This document shows, in pieces, positions 11,833 through 25,349 of a stretch of 64,000 nucleotides of DNA. The notes under the pieces are model-generated. The model saw only the letters and a list, made by a program, of their open reading frames with translations, was not told where the DNA came from and ran no database searches. How positions within the stretch are numbered: the first letter of the stretch is position 1; each line of letters starts with the position of its first letter. Origin of the DNA: Torpedo marmorata (Eukaryota); assembly GCA_977017645.1 (NCBI GenBank), contig OZ360232.1, forward strand, positions 8,742,001-8,806,000, read 5' to 3'. A program made the position numbers and the translations under genes.

Positions 11833-14800
11833 CCAAACTCATTCCTAGGTTGATTGGACCATTGTACAAAGAAAGGTTGGGTCAACTAGAGTTGGATTGA
11901 CAATGATTTCGAAGAATGAGAATGGATCTCATTGAAACGTACAAAATGCTCGACAGACTGAATGTGGGGAGATGAATGTCCCTGGTCAGGGTCTGGAATG
12001 AGAAGACACAGAAACAGATGAAATTCAGGAATGAGGTGAAAGGAAATTTCTTCACTCAGAGAATGTGAGATACTCAACCACAGAACGTAATGGAAATAAC
12101 TTCACTGAATATATTTAAGAAGAAAGTTGATAGAGACAGAATATGGTATCAGAATATGTTATCAAGATAAATTGTCAACAAGACTATACTGAACGGTGAG
12201 TCAGGATTGAAGGCCAAGTGTCTCTCTCTTGTTCATATTTTCTTTGTTTCTACATTTTTTAACTTTGTTTTTTAATTAATGCATTGCTTCTCCAATTTTG
12301 AGAGCCTGAAAATGTTTAAATATAGGTAAAAGAAAAATGAATCTTTAAAAATTCCACCATCCCAAATAGTTTTCCCTCTCCTTTGTGATGCAGAAAACAT
12401 AAAATCCAAATATTCTTTCTCTGTTGTCTGATTGTTGCCTGCAAATAGGAGAACAGAGGAACAAGAGTTTCAGAAAAGTACCATTGAAGGGGGATTCATT
12501 CCAATATCCTATCAGACATAAACAAAATCCTATGAATCTATTTTCGAGTTCAGAAGAAATACTTTAACCACATTTACCTGTTAATCAGTGTTTTCATGGC
12601 CCAACCTTCATGCAATTCACAATTCATGGACAGCAGGTCGACGTTGTCTTCACAGGACTCTCACTGACTAGTTCAAATTACTGCAAAGATTTGAGAGATT
12701 ATTTCAGATTTTGCTTCCCCAAGCCAATCAACTTTATAACACATATTGTGGTAGGATAATACATTCTTCCCAACCCACTATTGGAATAGGTCAGGAGGAC
12801 GCTTTTATAACAATATTTACACCTAGTTGTAATCAGGGAAAAAAAATGTTGAAATAAAACCAGAAAACATTGGAAATACACTGCAAATTAGGTACCGTCT
12901 ATGGAGAGAGAAGTAGGTAAACTTTTCATGCTGGTGGCCTTTCATTCGACTCCTTTTGGGTGAGCTGAGACCTCCAGAGATGCTGTCTGACCTGGTGAAT
13001 ATTTCTCACATTTTCGATATAGATATCAAGTTTTCAGCATCTGCAGCATTTTTCTTTGAAAAGATAAAAGTTGGTTAAGTATTCATTTTTCACCAATCTC
13101 TTGAGAATTTGAGCGTATACTCATTGCTGCTTATAAATGGTCTCCAAAACTGAAGGTGGATGTGCATTGCTACCAGTTCTTAGTTGGTTTTTATTTTACC
13201 CGATTGAATTTCTTGCCCTCTGAAGCAGAATGATTTGAGATGACATCATGTCTCATCATTTCTCTGAGACTCTTCATCACCAGTGGACAGATGGAACTTT
13301 GCCTCGCAGACTTTTTGCCCAACCTGCACTGCTGCCCAAATGAAACCTTAGCCCTCACATTGTCCCTCTGTTTTGAAATTGTACAGCAAAATCTGTATTG
13401 GCACTTTCCTTGTTAATATCCTCACAAACTCCTTTCAATGGGATGGCATTTCCTGGAGCTGGCATCCATTGCCATGCCTGTGTAGTTAAACATATCTTTG
13501 ACTCTGTCCGGGCATGTCCTCACTGGCTCACTGGGCTGGGCGGGCTGGCCAAACTCATTCCTAGGTTGATTGGACCATTGTACAAAGAAAGGTTGGGTCA
13601 ACTAGAGTTGGATTGACAATGATTTCGAGGAATGACAATGGATCTCATTGAAACGTACAAAATGCTCGACAGACTGAATGTGGGGAGATGAATGTCCCTG
13701 GTCAGGGTCTGGAATGAGAAGACACAGAAACAGATGAAATTCAGGAATGAGGTGAAAGGAAATTTCTTCACTCAGAGAATGTGAGATACTCAACCACAGA
13801 ACGTAATGGAAATAACTTCACTGAATATATTTAAGAAGAAAGTTGATAGAGACAGAATATGGTATCAGAATATGTTATCAAGATAAATTGTCAACAAGAC
13901 TATACTGAACGGTGAGTCAGGATTGAAGGCCAAGTGTCTCTCTCTTGTTCATATTTTCTTTGTTTCTACATTTTTTAACTTTGTTTTTTAATTAATGCAT
14001 TGCTTCTCCAATTTTGAGAGCCTGAAAATGTTTAAATATAGGTAAAAGAAAAATGAATCTTTAAAAATTCCACCATTCCAAATAGTTTTCCCTCTCCTTT
14101 GTGATGCAGAAAACATAAAATCCAAATATTCTTTCTCTGTTGTCTGATTGTTGCCTGCAAATAGGAGAAGAGGAACAAGAGTTTCAGAAAAGTACCATTG
14201 AAGGGGGATTCATTCCAATATCCTATCAGACATAAACAAAATCCTATGAATCTATTTTCGAGTTCAGAAGAAATACTTTAACCACATTTACCTGTTAATC
14301 AGTGTTTTCATGGCCCAACCTTCATGCAATTCACAATTCATGGACAGCAGGTCGACGTTGTCTTCACAGGACTCTCACTGACTAGTTCAAATTACTGCAA
14401 AGATTTGAGAGATTATTTCAGATTTTGCTTCCCCAAGCCAATCAACTTTAATACACATATTGTGGTAGGATAATACATTCTTCCCAACCCACTATTGGAA
14501 TAGGTCAGGAGGACGCTTTTATAACAATATTTACACCTAGTTGTAATCAGGGAAAAAAAATGTTGAAATAAAACCAGAAAACATTGGAAATACACTGCAA
14601 ATTAGGTACCGTCTATGGAGAGAGAAGTAGGTAAACTTTTCATGCTGGTGGCCTTTCATTCGACTCCTTTTGGGTGAGCTGAGACCTCCAGAGTTGCTGT
14701 CTGACCTGGTGAATATTTCTCACATTTTCGATATAGATATCAAGTTTTCAGCATCTGCAGCATTTTTCTTTGAAAAGATAAAAGTTGGTTAAGTATTCAT

Positions 14801-15262
14801 TTTTCACCAATCTCTTGAGAATTTGAGCGTATACTCATTGCTGCTTATAAATGGTCTCCAAAACTGAAGGTGGATGTGCATTGCTACCAGTTCTTAGTTG
14901 GTTTTTATTTTACCCGATTGAATTTCTTGCCCTCTGAAGCAGAATGATTTGAGATGACATCATGTCTCATCATTTCTCTGAGACTCTTCATCACCAGTGG
15001 ACAGATGGAACTTTGCCTCGCAGACTTTTTGCCCAACCTGCACTGCTGCCCAAATGAAACCTTAGCCCTCACATTGTCCCTCTGTTTTGAAATTGTACAG
15101 CAAAATCTGTATTGGCACTTTCCTTGTTAATATCCTCACAAACTCCTTTCAATGGGATGGCATTTCCTGGAGCTGGCATCCATTGCCATGCCTGTGTAGT
15201 TAAACATATCTTTGACTCTGTCCGGGCATGTCCTCACTGGCTTACTGGGCTGGGCGGGCTGG
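11833..15262. repeat. Tandem duplication of about 1716 bp (11833-13548 / 13549-15262)
   Basis: Both copies start CCAAACTCATTCCTAGG and differ by only a handful of substitutions and small indels. Each ends inside the Gypsy 5' LTR sequence. Confidence 0.95.
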
Positions 15263-16426
15263 CTTGCCTTCTGTACCTGTAGCCCCTCCCCATAAGATCC
15301 CCTAATAAAGGCTGAGAGCCCTAGTCTCCTCGCTCATACCTGCCTTGGACGTGAGTCAGCAGCATGAAGAGGCATGCCTGGGTTTTCTGATTAATAAAGC
15401 CTTTGATCACTTTCTTTGTGTCTGCGAGTGGTCATTGATTGCGCTACAATTTATTAATCAGAATTTCAAAGTGCCATGGATAAGGCAATCTGACTGGAGA
15501 AGCTGGAGATCGATCCAAAGGAACCAGAGGCCTCAGTAAAGTTTCATATGTGGCTACACTGTTTAAAGGCCTACCTGAGGCGCCATAAAATCGCAGATGA
15601 TAGTGATCTGTACGACCTGCTCTTCGCAGCTGTGGGCCACCGAGCGTACCAAATAATTCGAGACTGCACTGGATACGAAGAGGCAATGGCCCTACTCCGA
15701 TAGAAATACGGAGCCCCGGTGAACGCCATGTACGCACGCTTCCAGCTGGGCTCCCGACGCCAGGGCCCGGGGGATTCGGTCGATGATTTCGTGAGGGCCA
15801 CGCCGGAGCTGGGATGAGCCTGCGGGTGCCGGGACGTGACTGCGGCGACCTACCAGGAGGAGCTCATCCGCGAAGGGCTAGTCGCTGGCTTCCGCTTCCA
15901 TCACATAAGGGAACGACTCGTGGAGAAAGGAGATCGGTCCCTACAGGAAGTGGTGCAGATGGCCCGAGCGATGGAGACTGCCTAAAAGAACGCAGAGGCC
16001 TACTCAGCGGGCCACACGGCCACCAGGTGGAGAGAACGGGCAACGCCATCTTGGGACTCGTGGCCCCTGACTGCAGCTGCCACCGCTGAGCACGCGAGGT
16101 GCAACTACTGCAGCCAAAGCAAACACCCGCGAAAGTACTGTCCAGCCCGTAGCGCAACCTGCTTGAACTGCCGGAGGAAAGGATACTATGCCAGGGTATG
16201 TCGCTCTAAGCCCCACTCTAGCAGTGCCGCGTGTGGACTGCGACCCTCGTCGCCATCTTGGGCCGACCCACTTCCGCCGTCATTTCTGGTTGCCGAGAAC
16301 TGGGCCGACCCACTTCTGCCATCATTTCCGGTTGCCGAGAACCGAACTTCCAGACCAGGGTAGCGACAACAAGGAGTAACATCAGTTCCGGCTTCACCTC
16401 CGGACTCCATCGCGTGCGATCCATGG

Positions 16427-18538
16427 GTGCGGCCATCTTCGCGATCTCCCAGGCGGCCATCTTGGCGGCAGCCGTCCCAACGATATAGCAGCAGCGACTC
16501 GGACAGTGAGCTGATGTTGGCTTCCATCGTGCGGGACCAGAGTAGACCACACCAGCTGGGGCGATCGATGATGGACATTGAGGTAAACGGTCACACCACT
16601 GGCTGCCTGTTCGACACGGGAAGCACTGAGAGCTTCATACACCCGGGCACGGCCGAACGTTATTCCCTGACTATGTCCCCAGCCAAAGGAAAGGTAGCAC
16701 TAGCCTCCAAATCCCTCTCTGCAGAAATCCGCAGGAGTTGCACCATGACCCTAACCGTGGAGGGCACGAAATATAAGAACTTCAAACTGCTGGTGATGCC
16801 CCACCTCTGCGCACCCGTCATATTAGGGCTAGATAACCAGTGTCAGTTCAAAGGGGTGCTGATGAAGTTTGACGGGCCCCACCCCCCATTCACCGTCACT
16901 AATAACCAGTACCGGGAGGCCCCGCCCATTCCCCCGAGGAGGCCCAATCACACGCTCGAATGCTGGGTCAGGCAACCGACCTGCGGCCTGGCCACCCTTC
17001 GGGTACCTCCGCCTCCTCTGTTCCAAAACCTCACCCCGGACTGTAAACCTGTTGCCACTAAGAGCAGGCGATACAGCCCCGGGGACAGGGAATTCATTAA
17101 GACGGAGGTGGAGCGGCTGCTGGAGGAGGGCACAATAGAACCGAGTAACAGTCCCTGGAGGATACAAGTAGTGGTGGTGAAGAGTGGGGAGAAGTATCGG
17201 ATGGTGATAGACTACAGTCAGACCATCAACCGGTTCACCTTACTGGACGCCTACCCTTTGCCCCGCATAGCTGATATGGTGAATGAGATCGCCAAGTATA
17301 GGGTCTTCTCTACCATAGACCTCAAAGTGGCGTATCACCAAATCCCGATTCACCCAAAAGACCGGCCGTACACGGCATTTGAGGCCAACGGCCGACTCTA
17401 CCATTTCCTGCGGGTTCCATTCGGCCTCACGAATGGGGTGTCAGTGTTCCAAAGGGAAATGGACCGCATGGTGGATGACAATAAACTAAAGGCTACGTAT
17501 CCATACCTGGACAATGTCACCATCTGCGGCCATGACCAGAAGGAACATGAAGAGAACCTGCAGAGGTTCCTGGCCACCGCAAAGGCCCTCAATCTCACAT
17601 ACAGAGAAAAAGTGTGTGTTTAGCACCAAGCGGCTGGCAGTCCTGGTGTACGTGGTGGAGCATGGTGCTATCGCCCCCGACCCCTAGCGCATGTGGCCCC
17701 TTCTGGAATTACCTCTGCCACAGAACCCCAAGGCTTTAAAAAGTTGCCTGGGGCTCTTCTCATATTATGCCCAATGGATCCCCAACTATGCAGACAAGGC
17801 CCAACCCCTGGTGAAAACCACTACCTTTCCCCCGTCAGCGCAGGCCCGTAAGGCTTCGAGGGCATTTAGGGCGAGATTGCCAAGACGGGGATGCACGCCA
17901 TTTGTGAATCCGTCCCGTTCCAGGTGGAAAGTGACGTCTCTAACTTCGTTCTGGCCACAACACTGAACCAAGCAGGCAGGCCAGTGGCATTTTTTCCCAG
18001 CACCCTCCAAGGCCCCGAACGCAGGCACTCCGCCATTGAGAAGGAGGCACAAGCTATAGTGGAGGCCGTGCGTCACTGGAGGCACTACTTGGCCGGCAGA
18101 CCATTCACCCTGCTGACGGACCAGAGAGCCGTCGCTTTTATGTTTAACAATGAAGAGCGGGGTAAAATCAAAAATTACAAAATCATTAGGTGGAGAATTG
18201 AGCTGTCCACCTACAATTATGAGATCTGGAACCGGCCGGGCAAGTTCAATGAGCCACCCGATGCCCTGTCCAGGGGAACCTGCGCCAGGGTGCAAGTTGA
18301 TAGCCTCTGCCACCCCGGGGTCACAAGGCTATACCATTTTGTGAGGGCCCGTAACCTCCCCTACTCAGTGGAGGAAGTCAGGGAGCTGACTCGCAATTGC
18401 CCGGTCTGTGCGGAATGCAAGCCACAATTTTACAGACCGGAGAGAGCCCAACTCATCAAGGCCACTCGCCCCTTCGAACGTCTCAGCATGGACTTCAAGG
18501 GGCCCTCCCGTCCACGAATCGGAACATCTACTTCCTGA
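16427..18538 (+). pseudogene. Gypsy pol (protease-RT-RNase H-integrase N-terminus), frameshifted
   Basis: ORFs 16427-17623, 17691-17966 and 17891-18538 carry consecutive pol motifs. Confidence 0.9.
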
Positions 18539-18630
18539 GCATCGTGGATGAGTACTCACATTTCCCATTCGCCATCCCCTGCCCCCACATGACCACATCC
18601 ATGGTCATTAAAGCACTCCGCACAGTATTC

Positions 18631-19572
18631 TGGGGTCGTTGCATTGAGCGGAGGGCCTCCCCAGGGCTGTGTGCTTAGTCCATTGCTGTTCACCCTGCTG
18701 ACTCATGACTGTGCAGCAAAACACAGCTCGAATCACATCATAAAGTTCGCTGATGATACGACCGTGGTGGGTCTTAACAGTGGGAATGATGAGTCAGCAT
18801 ACAGAGATGAGGTGCAGTCGCTAATGGAATGGTGCGGAAACAACAACCTGCAGCTGAATGTAAACAAGACAAAGGAGTTGGTTGTCGACTTCGGAGGGGC
18901 CCGGGGGCATCATTCTCCATTGACCATGCACGGCTCCACCGTTGAGGTCGTAAAGAGTACCAAGTTTCTTGGACTGCATTTGGCGGAGAATCTCAGCTGG
19001 TCCCTCAACACCAGTTCCATAGTCAAGAAAGCCCAGCAGCGTCTTTACTTCCTGCGAGGGCTGAGGAAAGTTCATCTTCCACCCCCTATCCTTACTACAT
19101 TCTACAGGGGATGTATTGAGAGTATTCTGAGCAATTGCATCACCGCTTGGTTTGGTAACTGTACCATCTCGGACCAAAAGACCCTGCAGAGGATAGTGGG
19201 GACACCGGAGAAAATTATTGGAGTCTCTCTCCCCACCATGACAGACATTTACAACACACGATGCATGAGGAAGGCTAGAAACATTGTGAATGACTTCTCA
19301 CACCCCTTTGGTAAACTGTTTTCCCCTTTGCCATCTGGAAGGAGGTACCGAAGCACTCGGGCTCGTACATCCAGACTGTGCAACAGTTTTTTTCCCCAAG
19401 CCATCAGGCTCCTCAATTCCTAGATATATATGTGTATTAGCATGTTATAGTTTTTCTATTGTATTATGATATTTATGTACATCTGCCCATGGTCCTGGAG
19501 AAACGCTATCTCGTCTTACTGTGTATATGGTAATGAACGACAAATAAAGGTGACTTGATTTGACTTGACTTG
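18631..19572 (+). mobile_element. Rex1/Babar LINE inserted in the Gypsy integrase
   Basis: ORF 18644-19423 ([12 protein letters not shown]) and (GACTT)n tail. Removing it rejoins the integrase as KALRTVF|TLFGYPSYVHSDRG. Confidence 0.93.
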
Positions 19573-21665
19573 ACTCTGTTCGGATACCCCAGTTACGTTC
19601 ATAGCGACCGGGGATCTGCCTTCATGAGTGAGGAGTTGCGGCAATACTTCCTTTCCAGGGGCATAGCTACGAGCAAAACCACCAGCTACAACCTCCGCGG
19701 GAATGGGCAGGTGGAAATCTGGAGGGCAGTCTTTTTGGCCCTCAAGTCGAAAGGGATGCCCGTATCCCAGTGGCAAGAGGTCCTTCCAGAAGCGCTGCAT
19801 GCCACCAGGTCCCTACTCTGCACTGCCACTAACGCAACGCCCCATGAAAAATTGTTCTCCTTCCCTAAGAGGTCGGCGTCGGGAACCACGCTGCCGGTCT
19901 GGCTGACGACCCCAGGGCCGGTGCTTCTCCAGAAGCATGTTGGAACGCACAAGGCTGACCCACTGGTCGAGGAAGTGCACCTCCTGCATGTGAACCCCCA
20001 GTATGTGTAGGTAAGGTTCCCGGATGGACGGGACGATACAGTGTCCATCCGGGACCTGGCGCAAGCGGGGGCCCCGGCACGGGAGGTGCACACGATATCC
20101 CTGGGTAGCAACCAGTCGGCCCCAGGGATCACCCTGACAAAGGACGTAGGGATTCCATCTCCAACACGGCCCCCCGAGTGTCCCCCCCACACTTGAGTGT
20201 CCCCCCCCACTTGAGTGTCCCCCCCCCCACTCTTACAAACAAATTCCCCACCCCCTACAGACCCGGTACACACAGACACAGTTCAGCCCTCCAACAGCCA
20301 GCCGGTCGAGCAAGCCAGAGCTCCGCTGGAACCAACGATACAGCCAGCAGTACTTCAGAGATCTCAGCGCTGAATAAAACCGCCGGAGCGGCTGAACCTA
20401 TGAACTGTATGGACTGCAAGACCCGTGCCGATGGACATTGCCCCGCATCACCCCGCCGGACTTCATTAAAAAAAAGGAGGGGTGAATGTGGTGGAACACG
20501 GTACTGCGGGCACGTCTGGGCATGTCCTCACTGGCTCACTGGGCTGGGCGGGCTGGCCCACCTTCTGTACCTCTAGCCCCTCCCCATAAGATCCCCTAAT
20601 AAAGGCTGAGAGCCCTAGTCTCCTCCCTCATACCTGCCTTGGACGTGAGCCAGCAGCATGTAGAGGCATGCCTGGGTTTTCTGATTAATAAAGCCTTTGA
20701 TTACTTTCTTCGTGTCTGCGAGTGGTCATTGATCGTGCTACAGACTCTTTAGATCAACATTCTTTTGCAGAAAGCGAAACTAATTAAAGTCCAACAAAGG
20801 GAAACAGGTTACAGACTTGGCTAAATGCTGAGACTAATTGATAAGAATAATTACTTAAAGATTCAGCAATTCAAAGAGAATGAGAGGAAGTGTGAAATTA
20901 AAGAATACTTAAAGGAAAATAAATCAAAAAAGATTAGGATTAAGAAAATAGAAAGGAAAATTCAGAAAAAAATCAGTATTTAATTTGATACTTTTTAATA
21001 TTTCCATCCATGTTTCCTATCTGAATAAATAATTTGTCTACATATTATTTATTTGTTGATTGATTGGCAGTCATTAACAATTGACAAGTTGATGACAAAC
21101 TTTTATTCACTCATCTTTTTTTTAACCAAGTTTATTGGGCAATTACTGTGCAAATATATGGTCTGTGGAAATCAGAATGAGGCTGGGAGAGAGGTGGCTC
21201 TCTTTGCAAAGCTGACAGAAGAGCAGCACAAATCAACTGTCTTAACGATTCAGATGCCTTCTGCTATTCAAAGGTTGCTGGGTAACTTGCACATAAATCA
21301 TGATGCATGTAAATCATATGCCATTATCTTTGTTTTGTATGTGAAATTATAAAACTAATCATTCATGAACTAAAATACTTGATGCTGGAAGAATATGTGT
21401 ATCTTTAGCCCATATTTCCAATTTCGCCATCTGGCTGTGGACTTTAGAAGTTGCACATTCCCTCACACCAGCTAACCTATAAGCAAGCAAAAGAATGAAA
21501 GATTATCACAAGCCTTTTCATTCAACTCAGTAAAACCTTCCTTATTTCTGGGATTTCAAGATCCATCCTTTCTTAATAAACAGGGCTTTGAAATTCACTC
21601 TCTGCTTGTTTACTTCATAGGTAAGTAATGAATGCAGCAAAACTGAACAAGGAACCCCTTTAATA

Positions 21666-22830
21666 TTCAAAGTTGAAAGTTCAAAATTTATTGTCGGAGT
21701 ACAGGCATGTCATCTTTTTCCTGCGGGCCAAGCAGAATTTCTACTTATTGGTAATTATAAACTGTACTCAAGAAAAGCAATACTTATACAAAAGAGAGAA
21801 ATGTAAACAAAGAAAGAAATGTAAACAAACTGACTGAAAATACAGAAAAAATAAATATTCAGTAATAAATAATGTGTAAAGTAAGAGTCTTTAAATGAGT
21901 CTCTGATTGAGTCTGTTGTTTAGGAGTCTGATGGTGGAGGAGTAGCAACTGTTCCTGAACCTGATGGTACGAGTCTTGTGGCACCTGTACCTCTTTCCTG
22001 ATGGCAACAGTAAGAACAGAGAATGTCCTGGGTGGTGCGGATTCTTGATGATTCCTGCTGCTCTCTGACGGCAGCGTTCCATGTAGATTTTCTCAGTGGT
22101 GGGGAGAGTTTTGCCTGTGATGTATGGGCTGCATCCACTACCTTTAGCCAGGCTTTCCACTCAGAGGGGTAGTGCCCCCATACCAGGCTGTGATGCAGCC
22201 GGTCAGCACACGTTCCACTACACATCTGTAGAAGTTTTCCAAGGTTTCCGTTGTCATACTGAACTTCCACAAACTCATGAGGAAGTAGAGGTGCTGACAT
22301 GCTTTCTTCACGATGACTTTAGTATGTTGGGTCCAGGAAATGTCCTCCAAGATAGAAACTCTAAGGAATTTAAATTTACTTACTCTCTCCATTTCTGATC
22401 CCCCATTGATCACTGGTACACCACTGGTTTTCCCTTCCTAAGGTCTACAATCAGCTCCTTTGTCTTGGTGACATTGAGTGAGAGGTTCTTGTTAGTACAC
22501 CATTCAGCCACGTTTTCAATCTCCCTCCTGATGTTGACTCATCGCCCTTTTATATGCAGCCCACTACTGTAGTATCATCAAAAAATTTATAAATAGTGTT
22601 GCTGTCATACTGAGCCACAGAGTTATAGGTATAAAGTGAGTAGAACAGGGGGCTAAGTGTACAGCCCTTTGGTGCTCCAGTGCTGATTGAGATTGTGGAG
22701 GAGATGTTCTTGCCAATCCACACTGATTGGGGTCTGGAGGTGAGGAAATCCAGGATCCAATTACACAGTGGGGTATAGAGGCCCAGGTCATGGAATTTGT
22801 TGATTAGTTTTGAGGGATGATGGTGCTGAA
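21666..22830 (-). mobile_element. Rex1/Babar LINE 3' part
   Basis: [20 protein letters not shown] and HHPGH motifs in broken ORFs; tail near 21666. Confidence 0.9.
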
Positions 22831-23039
22831 TTCTGTGAACACAAATAAAATAAGTCACTTAACCTACATGATCAGCACATAAATTGATAAAATTGTTACC
22901 CTTCGCTACCTTTCCCTGCTTAATCTGCAACATCTATATGAAGAATCCTGTTACAACAGTTCTGATTCATGCTTCAACAATGAAAAATCAATGTGGGAAA
23001 GGGTCTATAAAATAATGGTTACACCTTTCATTTATAAAC

Positions 23040-24466
23040 CTCCCCCTAACACCCTCCACCATACTGACACCCACTCTGACCCCTGCTTTGTCTTTACCAT
23101 CCCCTCTGACCTTCTCCTCTCAGAGGCAGAACGCTCTGTCCTCAGTAGAGGCCTCACCTTCATCCCCCTTCGGCCACACCTCAATGAGTTCCGTGCACGC
23201 CACGATGCTGAACTCTTTTTCCGTCGTCTCTCTCTCCATACCCACTTCTTCCACCTTGATTCTTCACCCCCCCACTGAAGACCCCTTCTCCCGCCTTAAG
23301 CCTTCTTCCTCCTTTTGGACTCCTCGTCCTGGCCAGCTGCCCACTCTGAATCTTTATATTTCCAATTGCCACCGAGACATCAACCATCTCAATTTCACCA
23401 CTCCCCTCTCTTAGTCTAAGCTCACCCCCTCTGAACGCTCTGCCCTCCACTCTCTCCGCACAGCGGTTAGCGCAACACCTTTACAGCGCCAGCGATTGGG
23501 ACCGGGTTTCGAATCCCGCGCTGTCTATAAGGAATTTGTACGTTCTCCCCATGTCTGCGTGAGTTTTCCCCAGTGCCTCCGGTTTCCTCCCACCGTTCAA
23601 AACGTACAAGGGGTGTAGGTTAATTGGGTGTAAATTGGGCGGCACGGACTGATGGACCGAAATGGCCTGTTACTGTGCTGTATGTCTAAATTTAAATTTA
23701 AAAATCCCAACCTTACTATCACACCTGCAGACAAGGGTGTTGCTGTGTGGTACACTGACTTCTACCTTGCCGAGGCCAGGTGACAGCTCTCTGATACTTC
23801 CTCTCGTTTACCCCTTCAACGGGACTCCACCAAAGAGCATCAAGCCACCACCTCACATACCATTTCTAACCTCATCACTTCGGGTCATCTCCCTCCTACG
23901 GCCTCTAACCTAATTGTTTCCCATCCCCGCACCCCAATCTTCCATTGGCCAACCATTTCAATTCTGCACCCCACTCCACTTCCGCCATGTCTGTCCATGG
24001 CCTCATGCACTGCCAAACCAAGGCCGCCCACAAATTAGAGCAGAACACCTAATATTGCATCCAGGCACTCTCCAACCGGATGGCATTAACATCGACTTCT
24101 CCCGTTTCTGCTAGACCACTCCCTGTTCTCCCTCTCTTCCCCATCCCTCTGTCTCCCTTCCTCCAGCTCTTCAACCCCTTCCCTCTCCATGCACAGAGCC
24201 ATCCCCCCTCCTCCTGTTTACTGGTGTGCCCTCCTTCCCTCCCTCATCCTCCTATTACCTCCTGCCTGTGCTCCTCCCCCTGTCCCCCACCATTTTATTC
24301 AGGCGCCTGCCTACATTTTGCTCATACCTTGATGAAGGGCTCAGGCCCGAAACGTTGGTTATGTTCCTTTATCTTTGCTTTATAAAATATGCTGCTTGAC
24401 CTGCTGAGTTTCTCCAGCAACGTGTTTTTACTTCAGTCACGGTGTCTGCAGACTTTCATGTTTTAC
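23040..24466 (+). mobile_element. Internally deleted Penelope-like element containing a SINE
   Basis: N-terminus LSEAERSVLSRGLTF and PADKG, RT core missing, GIY-YIG C-terminus GTLQPDGINIDF, then terminal repeat with hammerhead-like motif at 24329-24360. Confidence 0.85.
23458..23700 (+). mobile_element. V-SINE nested in Penelope
   Basis: Colinear with 7410-7658. Confidence 0.88.
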
Positions 24467-24905
24467 AAGAGGGATAATGGACTTAAGATGGATCTTTTTA
24501 AAACATTCATGTAGCTCTTGGCATTGATTCTCCAAACTGGAGCATATTATGGCAATTTTATCCCCTATGCATTTTTGCTAGAGGTTGTCTGAGTAATGTG
24601 GAGTCTGAACAGCAGTTGAAAAAGGTTAATTGTCACCATTGTAACTGTTCCTAAAATCCTGTTCCCTGATTGAGATTAAACCAATAAAATGCTTCTTTTA
24701 TTGATCAAGTTGTTTCTTAACATTTCAAAATTCTCCTTTTGTCACTGAAGTGGTGTGTTAAATAAAAGCTTCAATCGATCCCAGAACAGAGGAATGGGGC
24801 ACAGGCCTAAAGTAAAAAGACTTCACCCTAATTTATTCTTTATTGCAGCTAAAGAACAGTGGTGCTCCAGTGAAAAGGAAGAAATTCTCTATTGTGTCTT
24901 CAGTA

Positions 24906-25098
24906 TCATAAAGGGTGTGCAAATAAGTTAGAATATAATTCATCAAACTCCTTTAAGGATTTGTTCCCCATTGACATCTTGTAAAATACAATACCATTTT
25001 TGGGTTTGGCTTCAACTTCGATGGAACCTTTTAAAATATTTGGCAATTTTTTTGCGTCATCTTTTCCATTGTTATTTGACCCTATCTCTTTCCCACAT
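24906..25098 (-). CDS. Candidate terminal coding exon of an unidentified host gene
   Basis: Pyrimidine-rich acceptor TTTCCTTGTGTTCTTTATAG, open frame CGKEIGS...ELYSNLFAHPL*, and downstream minus-strand AATAAA near 24832-24844. No TE similarity recognised. Confidence 0.3.
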
Positions 25099-25349
25099 CT
25101 ATAAAGAACACAAGGAAACATGAGAGTGAAGATTTTACAGCCAACATTAACTCTTTCATTAACAATGAAACAGTTGATAGAAAACCGGATCATCAGGGAA
25201 TAATGGTAAGAATTGAACACAATGCCAACTTTGTCTCTAAAAAGGCAAGAAGATAGAAAAATAAAGTAGAAGGCATGGAATGCTCAGGTCTGCTCCACCA
25301 TTTAATTAAAAATGTGGCTGATCTTATATTCACCTTATATTCCTTCTCA

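Larger units (their letters stand above)
15219..20742 (+). mobile_element. Gypsy/Ty3 LTR retrotransposon, complete but degenerate
   Basis: LTRs at 15219-15448 and 20487-20742 (TG...CA). TSD GACTC at 15214-18 and 20743-47. PPT at 20468-20486. Gag from ATG 15476 with Cys knuckles, protease FDTGS, RT YLDN, RNase H (ESDVS, LTDQ) and integrase HSDRG. Confidence 0.95.

Noticed and set aside
12330-12690. Two minus-strand exon-like segments inside the duplicated unit
   Set aside because: Splice-like signals exist, but the joined peptide is short and unrecognisable. No support beyond motifs.
12845-13060. Decayed inverted-repeat patch (similar patches at 29107-29190, 35020-35110 and 47465-47560)
   Set aside because: These look like old Penelope terminal remnants, too degraded to delimit or to claim a ribozyme.
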